Origin: Lytechinus pictus
Taxonomy: Eukaryota
Length of the DNA: 64,000 bases
Reading direction: 5' to 3'
NCBI RefSeq assembly: GCF_037042905.1
Contig: NC_087250.1
Location: 7,504,001 to 7,568,000, forward strand
Below are positions 13,558 to 26,352 of the stretch, one piece after another. The position numbers were made by a program, and so were the translations under genes. Within the stretch, counting starts at the first letter, position 1. Each line of letters starts with the position of its first letter. Under the pieces are notes generated by a model. It searched no databases, was not told the origin of the DNA, and was given only the letters and a program-made list of their open reading frames with translations.

Positions 13558-14865
13558 TCTGATGATGTAATTTGTCACGCACGAAAATAACTGTTTTTCG
13601 TGGAGGGGTATGCGGCAAGTGCGATGCAAAGAAAATGGTTGGTAAATATAAAATAATTTTACCATATTCATAATTTTCATAATATTTGGAATAGCAAGTG
13701 CGATTTTTTCTTGATTGTATTTCCTCTAGTGGTCATTTTTAAAGCACTGAAATAAAGGTGTCCGGCAATAGGATACATAGACCAAAAGCTTCGGTCTCTA
13801 TTATGTTGGTTGTTCAGCTGAACTCCGTTGGCTTCACTCACCAAATACAGAGACCGAAGTTCTAGCGCGATCTGTACAGGGGACTCAATGGCCATATGTT
13901 TATGTACTTAAGATCGGATAAAACGGGGAAGTGAATTTGCGCGACAGCCGAGGTAAGTCACTGTTTTTGTTCCTTTTAACTTGATTTTTCTCCGTTTTTT
14001 GGCAATTAATGCCAAGAGGGAATATTAATTTGCATTTTGGTCGCGTTAATTTTCAAAATTTTTTTTCATTAAAGACAAAAATTGAAGAGCCCCGACGGGG
14101 GATTTTGCATTGCAAGTCCCCTAATGGTGGCTGCACGCTAGCGAGCACGTCCCGTTAAAGACAGCACGTTAGCCATTCTCTGATTGGTCAATTAAGGAAG
14201 TCCGATAGTGTGTGTGTTACGTGCAGGCTATGTGGGCTACGTGGCCGTACGCTCGGTATCGTTCGTTTACGACTAATGAGTAATATAGATTCGTGCGAAT
14301 TTATTATTACAGATGATTTATGGGTTAAAATCATAGAGATGTATACTAATCTCTATGGTTAAAACACATGTAGATCTATTTAATGTTGACGATATCGTGA
14401 ACAACGGAGGATCTATGAACCCGCGCGTACGAAGTTAGATGCGAGACCAGTCGTTTTTCGAAAATGGAACAGTGCAATTACCACCATTAGAGTACCAAAT
14501 TCAATTCAAGGGACGCGAGCGCGAGTTCTGCAGCATACCATACGTGGAGTTGAAATTTGAAAACATATCAACAACATCAATTACAATTATTTTTTTACTT
14601 GGTGGAAGATTCAATGCACTAAGAGTTAGAAAAACGAAACATTTTAATTTTAGGGTAGGGTAGATAGGATTATTTAATTTTGTAAAAATATTTTCATCAT
14701 GATAATTTTTAATATACAAGGCAAAAAGTGTTATAGTAGGCCCTAAATATTGTAATAGAATTTCAAATACATTTAATAATTTCATAAAGCCATTGCAAAA
14801 CAAGATTTTATTTTAAGCACATTTAGACATCTACAAAAGTTTGCATAACCTGTTAATAATTTATG

Positions 14866-15510
14866 AATATGTCATGAAAATGGCAACACGGCTGTCTCTA
14901 AATGCTTTATACACTATATGTCAAGAAAATGGCAACACGGCTGTCTCTAATTGTCATATAAACTATATGTCAAGAAAATGGCAACACGGCTGTCTCTAAT
15001 TGTCATATAAACTATATGTCAAGAAAATGGCAACACGGCTGTCTCTAATTGTCATATAAACTATATGTCATGAAAATGGCAACACGGCTGTCTCTAATTG
15101 TCATATAAACTATATGTCATGAAAATGGCAACACGACTGTCTCTAATTGTCATATAAACTATATGTCATGAAAATGGCAACACGGCTGTCTCTAATTGTC
15201 ATATAAACTATATGTCATGAAAATGGCAACACGGCTGTCTCTAAATGCTTTATACACTATATGTCAAGAAAATGGCAACACGGCTGTCTCTAATTGTCAT
15301 ATAAACTATATGTCATGAAAATGGCAACACGGCTGTCTCTAATTGTCATATAAACTATATGTCATGAAAATGGCAACACGGCTGTCTCTAATTGTCATAT
15401 AAACTATAATTATGTCATGAAAATGGCAACACGGCTGTCTCTAATTGTCATATAAACTATATGTCATGAAAATGGCAACGCAGATGTCTCTAATTGCTTT
15501 ATACACTATT
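14866..15510 (+). repeat. 49-bp minisatellite, 13 copies (ACTATATGTCATGAAAATGGCAACACGGCTGTCTCTAATTGTCATATAA)
   Basis: TGGCAAC recurs every 49 bp from 14881 to 15473; inverted partial copies at 16162-16271. Confidence 0.95.
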
Positions 15511-18335
15511 TTTTTAAGTGGACTTGTCCTTTAAGTAGTCAATTGATGGCTTTCAACCAGGATTATCTATTGTTAATTCCTACCCCAAAGCAGGATATAA
15601 AGCTGAATGTACTATAGTCCTTGAAGTGCTAATTGGTTTTCTGCTAAAAGTAATCCCTCTTTTGTTACTAGAAATACTTATTGTAATGACTTTGGGTTTG
15701 CAAAGTATAGAATTACCGTGAAGAGACTGCCTATATAATAATTACAGTTGAAGATACTAATATCTCAAATTCATTATTATAACCGCGTTTCAATTTGCAT
15801 GGCAGTTATAGTCAATATAACATGAAAGGATGCTCCCGGCTGAAGATATATCTAAATAAGTAGAGTAAAATTCACAGCCTAGAGCAAAATGCTGTTTCAT
15901 CAGAATCGGATAACAAATAATGAAGTTATTGAATTTTAAAATTTAGCAATATAGTGATATGCACTTCGTCATAAACATGATAAATAGTCCTATTTATTAT
16001 GTGGGCTGCGGATATGATGTCACATCCCAACTTTTCGTTTTCTTATTACTTGAAATCATAATTGCTTCTATAATTTTTCATCCATGTGTAAATGATGCGT
16101 CTCCATTTGATGAAAATAAGTTCCAGCAATTGATAAATTAATGCACTTAATCAGTTGTCAGCAGTGTTGCCATTTTCATGACATAATTTTAATTCATATA
16201 GTAGAGAGAGCCGTGTTGCCATTTTCATGACATATAGTCTATATGACAATTAGAGACAGCCGTGTTGCCATAACCATACATAGATATAACCATATATTTT
16301 GACATTCTAAAAATGTTTTCATATCATTTACCTATAATATATAATATATTAATGTTATAATATTTTTATAATATTTTTGTGCTAGCTGGGTTTATCTTCT
16401 CCGTGCATTTCGATCTCTCTTTGATATGCGGTACTTTTTATATATAGGTGTGTTATTTATTAGATTCTCATATTTTATCAATTTATCGCGAATTACCATC
16501 AAGGTTTTAGAAGATAGTGTATCTAATATAGATTTTTTCAAAAACTTACCGTCATTGTCATATGAAAGCAAAACAAATTGTGAAGGGAAAGTTTATGAAG
16601 AAGAATGTTTTACAGTCCTTAAAGGAATGAAACAAAATAAATCATCATGGAATGACGGACTGACCGAAGGGTTTTTTACTACATTCTGGACAGAAATAAA
16701 AGATATTTTACTAGGGGCATTTAACAAGGCATTTGAAACAGGAGAACTAACTGCATCACAAAAACAAGCTGTGGTCATTCTGATTGCCAAAGATGGGAAG
16801 GACCCTCATTTACTTAAGAATTACAGGCCAATATCATTATTAAATATTGATTATAAAATTCTATCTAAAGTCTTGGCAACAAGATTAAAAGATGTTTTAG
16901 AAGACATTAGTTCAGTAGATCAAATAGGTTTCATGAACGGGAGAACTATTGGAGAAGCAATCAGAATAATATACGACGTAATATTCCATGCGACAAAAAA
17001 TGACTTACCATAGGGTATATGATAGCAATTGACTTTCAAAAGGCTTTTGATTCGGTGTCCCATGATTTTCTTAATAAAATATTACATTTTTATAACTTCG
17101 GTCCACAGTTTTGCAGATGGGTGGAAATTTTGTACAAAAACTTATTAAGTTGTATTTTTAATGGAGGAATGTCAACGGGATATTTTGATGTACGTAGAGG
17201 CGTAAGGCAGGGGATCCCCTATCCCCATGCCTGTTTATTTTATGTTTAGAAATACTGACACATAATGTAAGATACAATAGGGAGGTTAAAGGTATTTTGT
17301 TTGGAAAGGAGGAAATAAAAAAATCATGTATGCAGATGATATGACCCTTTTTGTTCAAGATGAAGATTCAATTAGAAAAGTCAAAGGTTTATTAGAGAAT
17401 TTGGAAATATTTCAGGATTTGGTGTTAATAAGGATGAAACAAAAGTTCTCTTGATTGGGGCTTTACAAGGAAAATCTTATGAAATACCTTTCGGCCAGAG
17501 AGTGGATTTTGTTAAGATATTAGGGGTGTTTTTTTCTTCGAACAATGAAGTAAAAGAAAATTTGAATTACAAAGAAATATTAAGTAAAACAAAAAAACTT
17601 TTAGGTTGGTGGAAACAGAGGGATTTGACGTTGATGGGTAAAATACAGTTACTAAAGATATTTATATATTCAAAATTCACATACACAGCGGCCCTCATGC
17701 CAGTTCCAAAATGGGTTTATGAGGAGTTAGAAAAGATAACCTTTGAGTTCCTGTGGGGTGGAAGAAATAAAATTAATAGAAATACGATGTATCTGGATTA
17801 CCATTTGGGAGGTCTGAAAATGATGAATTTTGAACTGTTAATAAAAGCACAGAGAGTTATGTGGGTCAAAAAACTTATGGAAAATAACGAAATGAAATGG
17901 AAGTTATATTTTAATCGCGCTACACAACATGTAGGCGGAAGTTTCATTTTTTTCTTGTGACTATTTACTTGACCTTTTGAATTTAACATTGCCAAAGTTC
18001 TATACAGATCTTCTGGAAGTGTGGATAGAAACGAGGAATTTCTAGCAGAAATATGAACCTTACAAAGGAAATGAAATAATGTTTAATAATAAATTCATAC
18101 GAGTTAACGGAAAGTGTATATTTGACAGAAAGCTTTTTGACAAAAAATATATAGATTGAAAAAAAATATATATAGATTGAACCACATAATGGATAGTGAC
18201 GGAAATTTAAGATCTCATGGATACTTAAAACGACGAGGATTAGAATCCAATGACATTGAATTGATTGGCAATAAGATCTATGGTACACTTCCGGTCAGCT
18301 GGAAGAGGAATATGAGAACAGATAGAGACACAATT

Positions 18336-19072
18336 CTCGCTACCCCAAATAGGAACAAAAATCTCATAATGCGCGAGACGAGATAATTTTCACCCCGTCG
18401 GGTCGTCATCACCACTTCCGGTTTAGAGTCATGCCCGCGCGAGGTTCGCGATACTGAGTTTTCCACCACGCTGAAATCGATGCCAATCAGCGTAATATGT
18501 ACAGAGTATAATACTTTTTATTACATTTGGTCAGTTTTGATTCCATTTGAATTATAAATAAAAATAAAAAATATATTTCACGTAAGAATAATTTTTATTC
18601 ATGCTTTTATTTGGTTATAAAAAAATCTAACAAATAATGAATATCTTAAAATTTTGCATTTAGCGACCGGCCTGACATCACGATCGTATTCAACTAGACA
18701 CTAAATATATTCAGCATTCATTTCGTTCAATTTTTCGTCGACCACAAAATGGATAAAAATCAGTTTCGGAACTTAAAAAAAATCTTAACTGACAGATGAA
18801 TACCATGCAATGGAAAGCGTCAGGCAGAATTAGTGACTTTAGCAGAAAAGGCTGTAAAACTGTTAGTGAAAGAGAGGGTTGTGATCACGAACTTTCCGAG
18901 CGAAAGCTACGTTGTGTTGTTGTGCATGACGGCACTGTTGATCTAAATGGCAAATGCAGTGCGTTGGACTTCCGAACAGGAAGTTGTAATACCGAAAAAG
19001 CTATCCCATAATGCAATGCACGTTACAGGGATTTTCCCGGATCTCGGCGAAATCGCTATTTGGGGTAGCGAG
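18336..19072. mobile_element. 737-bp MITE with 17-bp TIR and AATT TSD (possibly Sola1-type)
   Basis: TIR CTCGCTACCCCAAATAG; AATT at 18332-18335 and 19073-19076; interrupts LINE ORF2. Confidence 0.85.
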
Positions 19073-21287
19073 AATTCCTGATGATCCTGACATAGTTTTT
19101 TTATTAGGTAAAAATGTTGTAGCAATAAATGATATTGCATCAAAAAAACTTTATACAACATTTCTTTACCAGAAAGCAATAACACCTGGAGTATTCACAA
19201 GACTAAAGTGTAACTACCGTCTTTCAGATAAAGACACTAGAAAATATTTTTAAAAGACCAAGGCAATGTACATTAAACAGCCGACTTAGAGAGTTCCAAT
19301 TTAAATTCATACACGGAATCATTTATACAAATCAGCATATGCATTTGGGAAAGTTTATTCTAATCTGTGTAGCTACTGTAAAAAAGAAGAAGAGACTTAT
19401 CGTCATTTATTTTTTCAAGTGCGAAAAAGCAAAATTAATATGGAGAGACTGCGAGAATATTTTTGACTTTGTTTCTTTCACCAATCTTACTTGGGAAGAC
19501 ATATTTTGGGGATAAAATTAGCAGATCAAGGAAAAGAAAAATTGGTTATAATCACTTTATAATCCTTGTGAAGTATTTGGTTTTCAGTGGTAGAGAAAAC
19601 AATTCAGAAATAGTTTTGAATAAGATTAAAAATAAATTAAAAGAAAATGAATTTGAAAAAATAAAATTGGCATTAAATAGAAATAAATACCCCCTTCACT
19701 TAAAGTATACATCCAAAGAAAATTCACGAAAGTGATGATTATAGACAAATTATATATGAATGGAAAGGTCTTGTCTTTTTATACACAAATATGTCACTAA
19801 AAAGTCTTATTGATGTCGTGGAAATGCAAGAAATGAAATTATTAGAGACCATTCTAAGCCCCCCAGCCGCCCCCAGACCGACAGTTCACGCAGTGAAAAC
19901 AGTCGAGAATAATGACGTCACACAATCATCGAGCTCATCATCCCTCTGTGCATAATACACTGAATCACCTTACTGACCTCTTCAATATCTTCCGAATTTA
20001 CCGTTTTCTTCATGTAATGTGACATCCGAATTCTGTTTTCGACAACTTCAGACTATAAGGGAACCAGAACTGTGTTATTTTGCCCGTTTTTTATTGAATT
20101 GTGAACTGGAAAGATCGATTTTGTCCACTCGACAGTCTTCGTTGTGTTGCTCTACTAACTATTGAAAAACTCCAAGCTGCACGGTCCCATTCACTTGCTC
20201 CCGATGCATGTTGCAGGCTACGCTGTTTGATCCAGTCAAAAGTCAAGGTAAGCATGTTTGGAAACTGTACTTGTTCTGACGATGCATTCAGGTCAGATGA
20301 CAGATACAGATCTGATATAAGTTTAGAATCATGCATTTTGGCATAACTACTATTAAAATTAAAAAGTTTTTATTTTAGAAATAATGTTTTTGCACAATTC
20401 CACCCAAGGGCACTCTAGGCGACACCCCAATACTTACCCGTGCTAATAAACTGGGACTCCACTCACGCGCATTTGGGCCGCCCTAGCTTAGAACTAAGCA
20501 ATATTATCTAGAAATTGTTACATTGTAGTCATTAAATATGTTCTATTAAATAAATTGATAATGTTTAATCGGTACTCACCGGTTCTTTTGTTGCATTTTC
20601 AGACCATTTCTCACAATTCTTCGTAAATATTTGCGGCAAATTTTGTCGCCATAGACAGCTTAGCATCCATCTTTATTGATAAATGGAGCGCCCTTTACGA
20701 TAGTTGTTAATGCCGCGGAGAAATCGTTAGGCATTTTGGCCTGTGTTCAAGGCGTTCTTTCTGTTTTATTTTTTATATTGAAGATTGTGCATTTGTTGAA
20801 TAGCGCCGTCTACGTCAGGTATGAGATCGAGTGTATAAATACACTCTTCCAAAATAATTATGATTCCGACCTGGCGCTGTTTAACTTCAATCTCTTTCAC
20901 CTAAATTAGCGATGAATGCTAGCATTATAAAATATATATTATTAACGTCTGACGAAAAGAATAACCAACCGATCAGCTGACGAGAACGCGAATCACGTGA
21001 TCTTCATATCAGCTTCGATCGAGAGTCAGAAGAGAAGAGCAGCTGCCCAGAAAATCAGGAAAAAGCCCTGAAAATGTAAGTTCCCCTTCATTTCTTTAAT
21101 TTTTTGTTGTTGCTAACGATGCATTTACACTATAAAATTATAATTTAAATAAGAGAAAGGAATATAGCTTGTACTTGTGATATAATATATAAATATCCTG
21201 TTCTCAGAGATTTCTAACCAAAAATACTACTGATGTCGCCTATGAGGTCCATACATGTAATGTTGGACCTCATTGGTACTAGGAGTG

Positions 21288-21893
21288 CCCAAGGGTTCAT
21301 TACATGCCGCCACGCACAGAAAAATCAAGCCATAGAAGTCGTGTGTTGTGGACCCAAGAAGTGAGATCCCAGACGCCTCCAGGCTAAGCACGCGCGACCC
21401 ACTAGTTAGAAATCCACTGACAAACGCGGTTCGTGGTGCGAGGTTAGTATACTTAATACGTGTGAGTGGCACAATTCCAGCAGATTTTTTCTTCAGATTT
21501 CTAAAACTGGTCAGGACTCAGGCAGGCGATTAAATTATTTAGGAGCACTGAGTGGTATGGACCATGGCTGAAAATCTGCTGTTTCAGAGGAATGTTTAAG
21601 TTTTTATTATACACAGAATTATATCACCATGATGCCGATGTCATGAAGCCAGACAAATTTTCAGCAGTGATTACCCTGATTCCTGGCCAAAATCACTCAC
21701 ACGTATTGCGAGGTTAGTATTAGTATACTACTAGTACGTATTGCGAGGTTAGTATTAGTATACTAACCACGAACCGCGTTTGGCAGTGGATTTCTAACTA
21801 GTGGGTCGCGCGTGCTGGGATCTCACTTCTTGGGTCCACGACTTCTATGGCTTGAATTTTCTGTGCGCGGCGGCATGTTAATGAACCCTTGGG
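21288..21893. repeat. Long inverted repeat element (~180-200-bp arms)
   Basis: CCCAAGGGTTCATTA... pairs with ...TAATGAACCCTTGGG; indels between the arms. Confidence 0.85.
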
Positions 21894-22023
21894 TGGGCCA
21901 AAATTAGAGTCTGGTGTTTCTTTCTGATTAGAGTGTTGCTGCATATATGTATGCGTAATGCCTTCAACAATGAAGATAAATGCAATCTTTGTAATGACAC
22001 AGATAGAGACTCAGAGAGCACCG

Positions 22024-22180
22024 TACCTCAAGTGATGTTCGTGTAGTCTCCACTTCACTACTGGAGTACTGCTACAGCCTACACTACGCTACACACCTAC
22101 CCGGGTAGGTGTGGCGTACATGTACGGTAGTGTAGCGGTAGTGAAGTGGAGTGGGGCCTACACAAACATCACTTGAGGTA
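22024..22180. mobile_element. 157-bp palindromic mini-MITE with 8-bp TSD GAGCACCG
   Basis: TIR TACCTCAAGTGATGTT; central perfect palindrome CACACCTACCCGGGTAGGTGTG. Confidence 0.85.
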
Positions 22181-22769
22181 GAGCACCGGTGTTCTGAGTG
22201 GAACTTTTCAGGTGTCTAAACCTACTATCATTTGTTGTTGACCGGGAATTACATGCCACCGCACGTCATCAATCATCACGATAATTAAATTCATACTTTA
22301 ATTTGATTATTTAAACTATTTCTTTTTTTCTCTCTTCTACACACAGATCTGCACACTTGCTGACTCTGGTGACTTATGGTCTCTGCTTGCTACCTCAATC
22401 TGGGAGATTCCATCATGTCCTTTTACTATGATTTGGGTATAGCCATTTTTTTCTTCACTCTTTCCAGGACCTACGGTTTGCAAGTTGTGGACTGATAATG
22501 ATACAAAAGAAATTTTTTCTTTATCAATCTTGGAAACAACTTTGAGCACAGTTTTGGAGAGAACTAAGAAATTTGACTTGGACAAGAATACAGCTTGTCA
22601 AAAATAATAACACACAATTTAAACGAAAGAACAATTTTAATGTTACTAGGGCATTTTGCGAGAAATGTTATACTCAATCACACGTCCCAAATCAAGGGTA
22701 AGTCCTTTGATTAAACATGTAGTTGAAGTGCGATTGCAACTCGACCTTATTACGCTTGCGGTATTTTAT

Positions 22770-25700
22770 AGATGGCAAATATAGCGATCTTCAACGCTTA
22801 TATATAAGCGTCGAAATTTGTAGCCATCTCCTTGTATTAGTCTATAATATACGACGTGTCAAATTGTAGCGAACTAGTTCGCTATTTCCAGATCTCCTCT
22901 ATATATATATACGAGGGGGAATTGTAGCGAACTAGTTCGCTATTTTCTAGATCTCCTCTATATACAAACGACGAGAAATTGTAGCGAACTAGTTCGCTAT
23001 TTTTCGGAACTCCTCGATATATACACGAGGGGGGATTGTAGCGAACTAGTTCGCTATTTTCCAGATCTCCTCTAGATACATACTACGGGATTTGTAGCGA
23101 ACTAGTTCGCTATTTTTCGGATTTCCTCTATATATATATATACGACGGGAAATTGTAGCGAACTAGTTCGCTATTTTCCAGATCTCCTCTATATATATAT
23201 ACGACGGGAAATTGTAGCGAACTAGTTCGCTATTTTTCGGATCTCTTCTTTTGTAGCGAACTAGTTCGCTATTTTTCGGATCTCCTCTATATACGACGGA
23301 AAATTGTAGCGAACTAGTTCGCTATTTTTCGGATCTCCTCGATATATACACGAGGGGGAATTGTAGCGAACTAGTTCGCTATTTTCCAGATCTCCTCTAG
23401 ATACATACTACGGGATTTGTTCGCTATTTTTCAAATTTCCTCTATATATATACGACGGGAAATTGTAGCGAACTAGTTCGCTATTTCCAGATATCCTCTA
23501 TATATATATACGAGGGGGAATTGTAGCGAACTAGTTCGCTATTTTCTAGATCTCCTCTATATACGACGGAAAATTGTAGCGAACTAGTTCGCTATTTTTC
23601 GGATCTCCTCGATATATACACGAGGGGGAATTGTAGCGAACTAGTTCGCTATTTTCCAGATCTCCTCTAGATACATACTACGGGATTTGTTCGCTATTTT
23701 TCAAATTTCCTCTATATATATACGACGGGAAATTGTAGCGAACTAGTTCGCTATTTCCAGATATCCTCTATATATATATACGAGGGGGAATTGTAGCGAA
23801 CTAGTTCGCTATTTTCTAGATCTCCTCTATATACAAACGACGGGAAATTGTAGCGAACTAGTTCGCTATTTTTCGGATCTCCTCGATATATACACGAGGG
23901 GGAATTGTAGCGAACTAGTTCGCTATTTTCCAGATCTCCTCTAGATACATACTACGGGATTTGTAGCGAACTAGTTCGCTATTTTTCGGATTTCCTCTAT
24001 ATATATATATACGACGGGAAATTGTAGCGAACTAGTTCGCTATTTTCCAGATCTCCTCTATATATATATACGACGGGAAATTGTAGCGAACTAGTTCGCT
24101 ATTTTTCGGATCTCTTCTTTTGTAGCGAACTAGTTCGCTATTTTTCGGATCTCCTCTATATACGACGGAAAATTGTAGCGAACTAGTTCGCTATTTTTCG
24201 GATCTCCTCGATATATACACGAGGGGGAATTGTAGCGAACTAGTTCGCTATTTTCCAGATCTCCTCTAGATACATACTACGGGATTTGTTCGCTATTTTT
24301 CAAATTTCCTCTATATATATACGACGGGAAATTGTAGCGAACTAGTTCGCTATTTCCAGATATCCTCTATATATATATACGAGGGGGAATTGTAGCGAAC
24401 TAGTTCGCTATTTTCTAGATCTCCTCTATATACGACGGAAAATTGTAGCGAACTAGTTCGCTATTTTTCGGATCTCCTCGATATATACACGAGGGGGAAT
24501 TGTAGCGAACTAGTTCGCTATTTTCCAGATCTCCTCTAGATACATACTACGGGATTTGTTCGCTATTTTTCAAATTTCCTCTATATATATACGACGGGAA
24601 ATTGTAGCGAACTAGTTCGCTATTTCCAGATATCCTCTATATATATATACGAGGGGGAATTGTAGCGAACTAGTTCGCTATTTTCTAGATCTCCTCTATA
24701 TACAAACGACGGGAAATTGTAGCGAACTAGTTCGCTATTTTTCGGATCTCCTCGATATATACACGAGGGGGAATTGTAGCGAACTAGTTCGCTATTTTCT
24801 AGATCTCCTCTATATACAAACGACGGGAAATTGTAGCGAACTAGTTCGCTATTTTTCGGATCTCCTCGATATATACACGAGGGGGAATTGTAGCGAACTA
24901 GTTCGCTATTTTCCAGATCTCCTTTAGATACATATACTACGGGATTTGTAGCGAACTAGTTCGCTATTTTTCGGATTTCCTCTATATATATATATACGAC
25001 GGGAAATTGTAGCGAACTAGTTCGCTATTTTCCAGATCTCCTCTATATACGACGGGAAATTGTAGCGAACTAGTTCGCTATTTTTCGGATCTCTTCTTTT
25101 GTAGCGAACTAGTTCGCTATTTTTCGGATCTCCTCTTTATATATACGACGGAAAATTGTAGCGAACTAGTTCGCTATTTTTCGGATCTTCTTTATAAAAT
25201 TTTATACACGAGGAGGAATTGTAGTGAACTAGTTCGCTATTTTTCTAATCTTTATATATACAAGAGACGGAATTGTAGCGAACTAGTTCGCTACAATTCC
25301 CCCTCGTGTATATAATTTTATAGAGGAGATCCGAAAAGTAGCGAACTAGTTCGCTATTTTTCTGATCTTTATATATACAAGAGACGGAATTGTAGCGAAC
25401 GAGTTCGCTACAATTCCCCCTCGTGTATATAATTTTATAGAGGAGATCCGAAAAGTAGCGAACTAGTTCGCTACAAAGCCCGTCGTATGGATATAGAGGA
25501 GATCTGGAAAATAGCGAACTAGTCTGCTACAATTTGACAATATGGCATCAATATATACAGCCAAAACCTGCAGATTTTCACTTTGAAGCCTTCACAATAA
25601 TGTAAGCTTTGGAAAAAATGACAACTAGTTCGCTACAATTTCCCCCTCGTGTATATGAAGAGATCAGAAAAATTGCCATCTAGTTCGCTACAGTTTGCCA

Positions 25701-26352
25701 TGTTTATATTTTAGAGAGGAGATGAGAAATGGCGAACAAGTTTGCAACAATTTCCTGTCGTATACATGTAGAGGAGATCCGAAAAATAGCGAACTACATG
25801 TAGTTTGCTACAATTCCCCCCTGGTGTATATATAGAGGAGATCCAAAAAAATAGCGAACTAGTTCGCTACAATGCCCCCTCATATATAGTTCGCTACAAA
25901 TCCCGTCGTATGTATATAGAGGAGATCTGGAAAAATAAAAAAATAGCGAACTAGTTCGCTACAATTCCCCCTCGTGTACATATCGAGGAGATCCGAAAAA
26001 TAGCGAACTAGTTCGCTACAAATCCCGTAGTATGTATATAGAGGAGATCTGGAAAATAGCGAACTAGTTCGCTACAATTCCCCTCGTGTATATATCGAGG
26101 AGATCCGAAAAATAGCGAACTAGTTCGCTACAATTTCCCGTCGTTTGTATATAGAGGAGATCTGGAAAATAGCGAACTAGTTCGCTACAATTCCCCCTCG
26201 TATATATATATATATATATATAGAGGAGATCTGGAAATAGCGAACTAGTTCGCTACAATTTGACACGTCGTATATTATAGACTAATACAAGGAGATGGCT
26301 ACAAATTTCGACGCTTATATATAAGCGTTGAAGATCGCTATATTTGCCATCT
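22770..26352. mobile_element. Foldback element whose inverted arms consist of ~55-60-bp tandem repeats with the palindromic core TAGCGAACTAGTTCGCTA
   Basis: About 130 bp of identical terminal inverted sequence; forward array ~22861-25270, reverse array ~25400-26260; possible 3-bp TSD TAT. Confidence 0.9.

Noticed and set aside
16426..19735. Functional reverse transcriptase gene
   Set aside because: In-frame stops, frameshifts, two insertions, and no endonuclease domain or ORF1.
20101..20346. THAP-domain start of a Kolobok transposase
   Set aside because: The Cys-containing ORF lacks the THAP C2CH spacing and the conserved P/W/F residues.
22861..26260. CRISPR array
   Set aside because: The spacers are variants of one another and recur in blocks, the array inverts midway, there are no cas genes, and the context is a eukaryotic intron.
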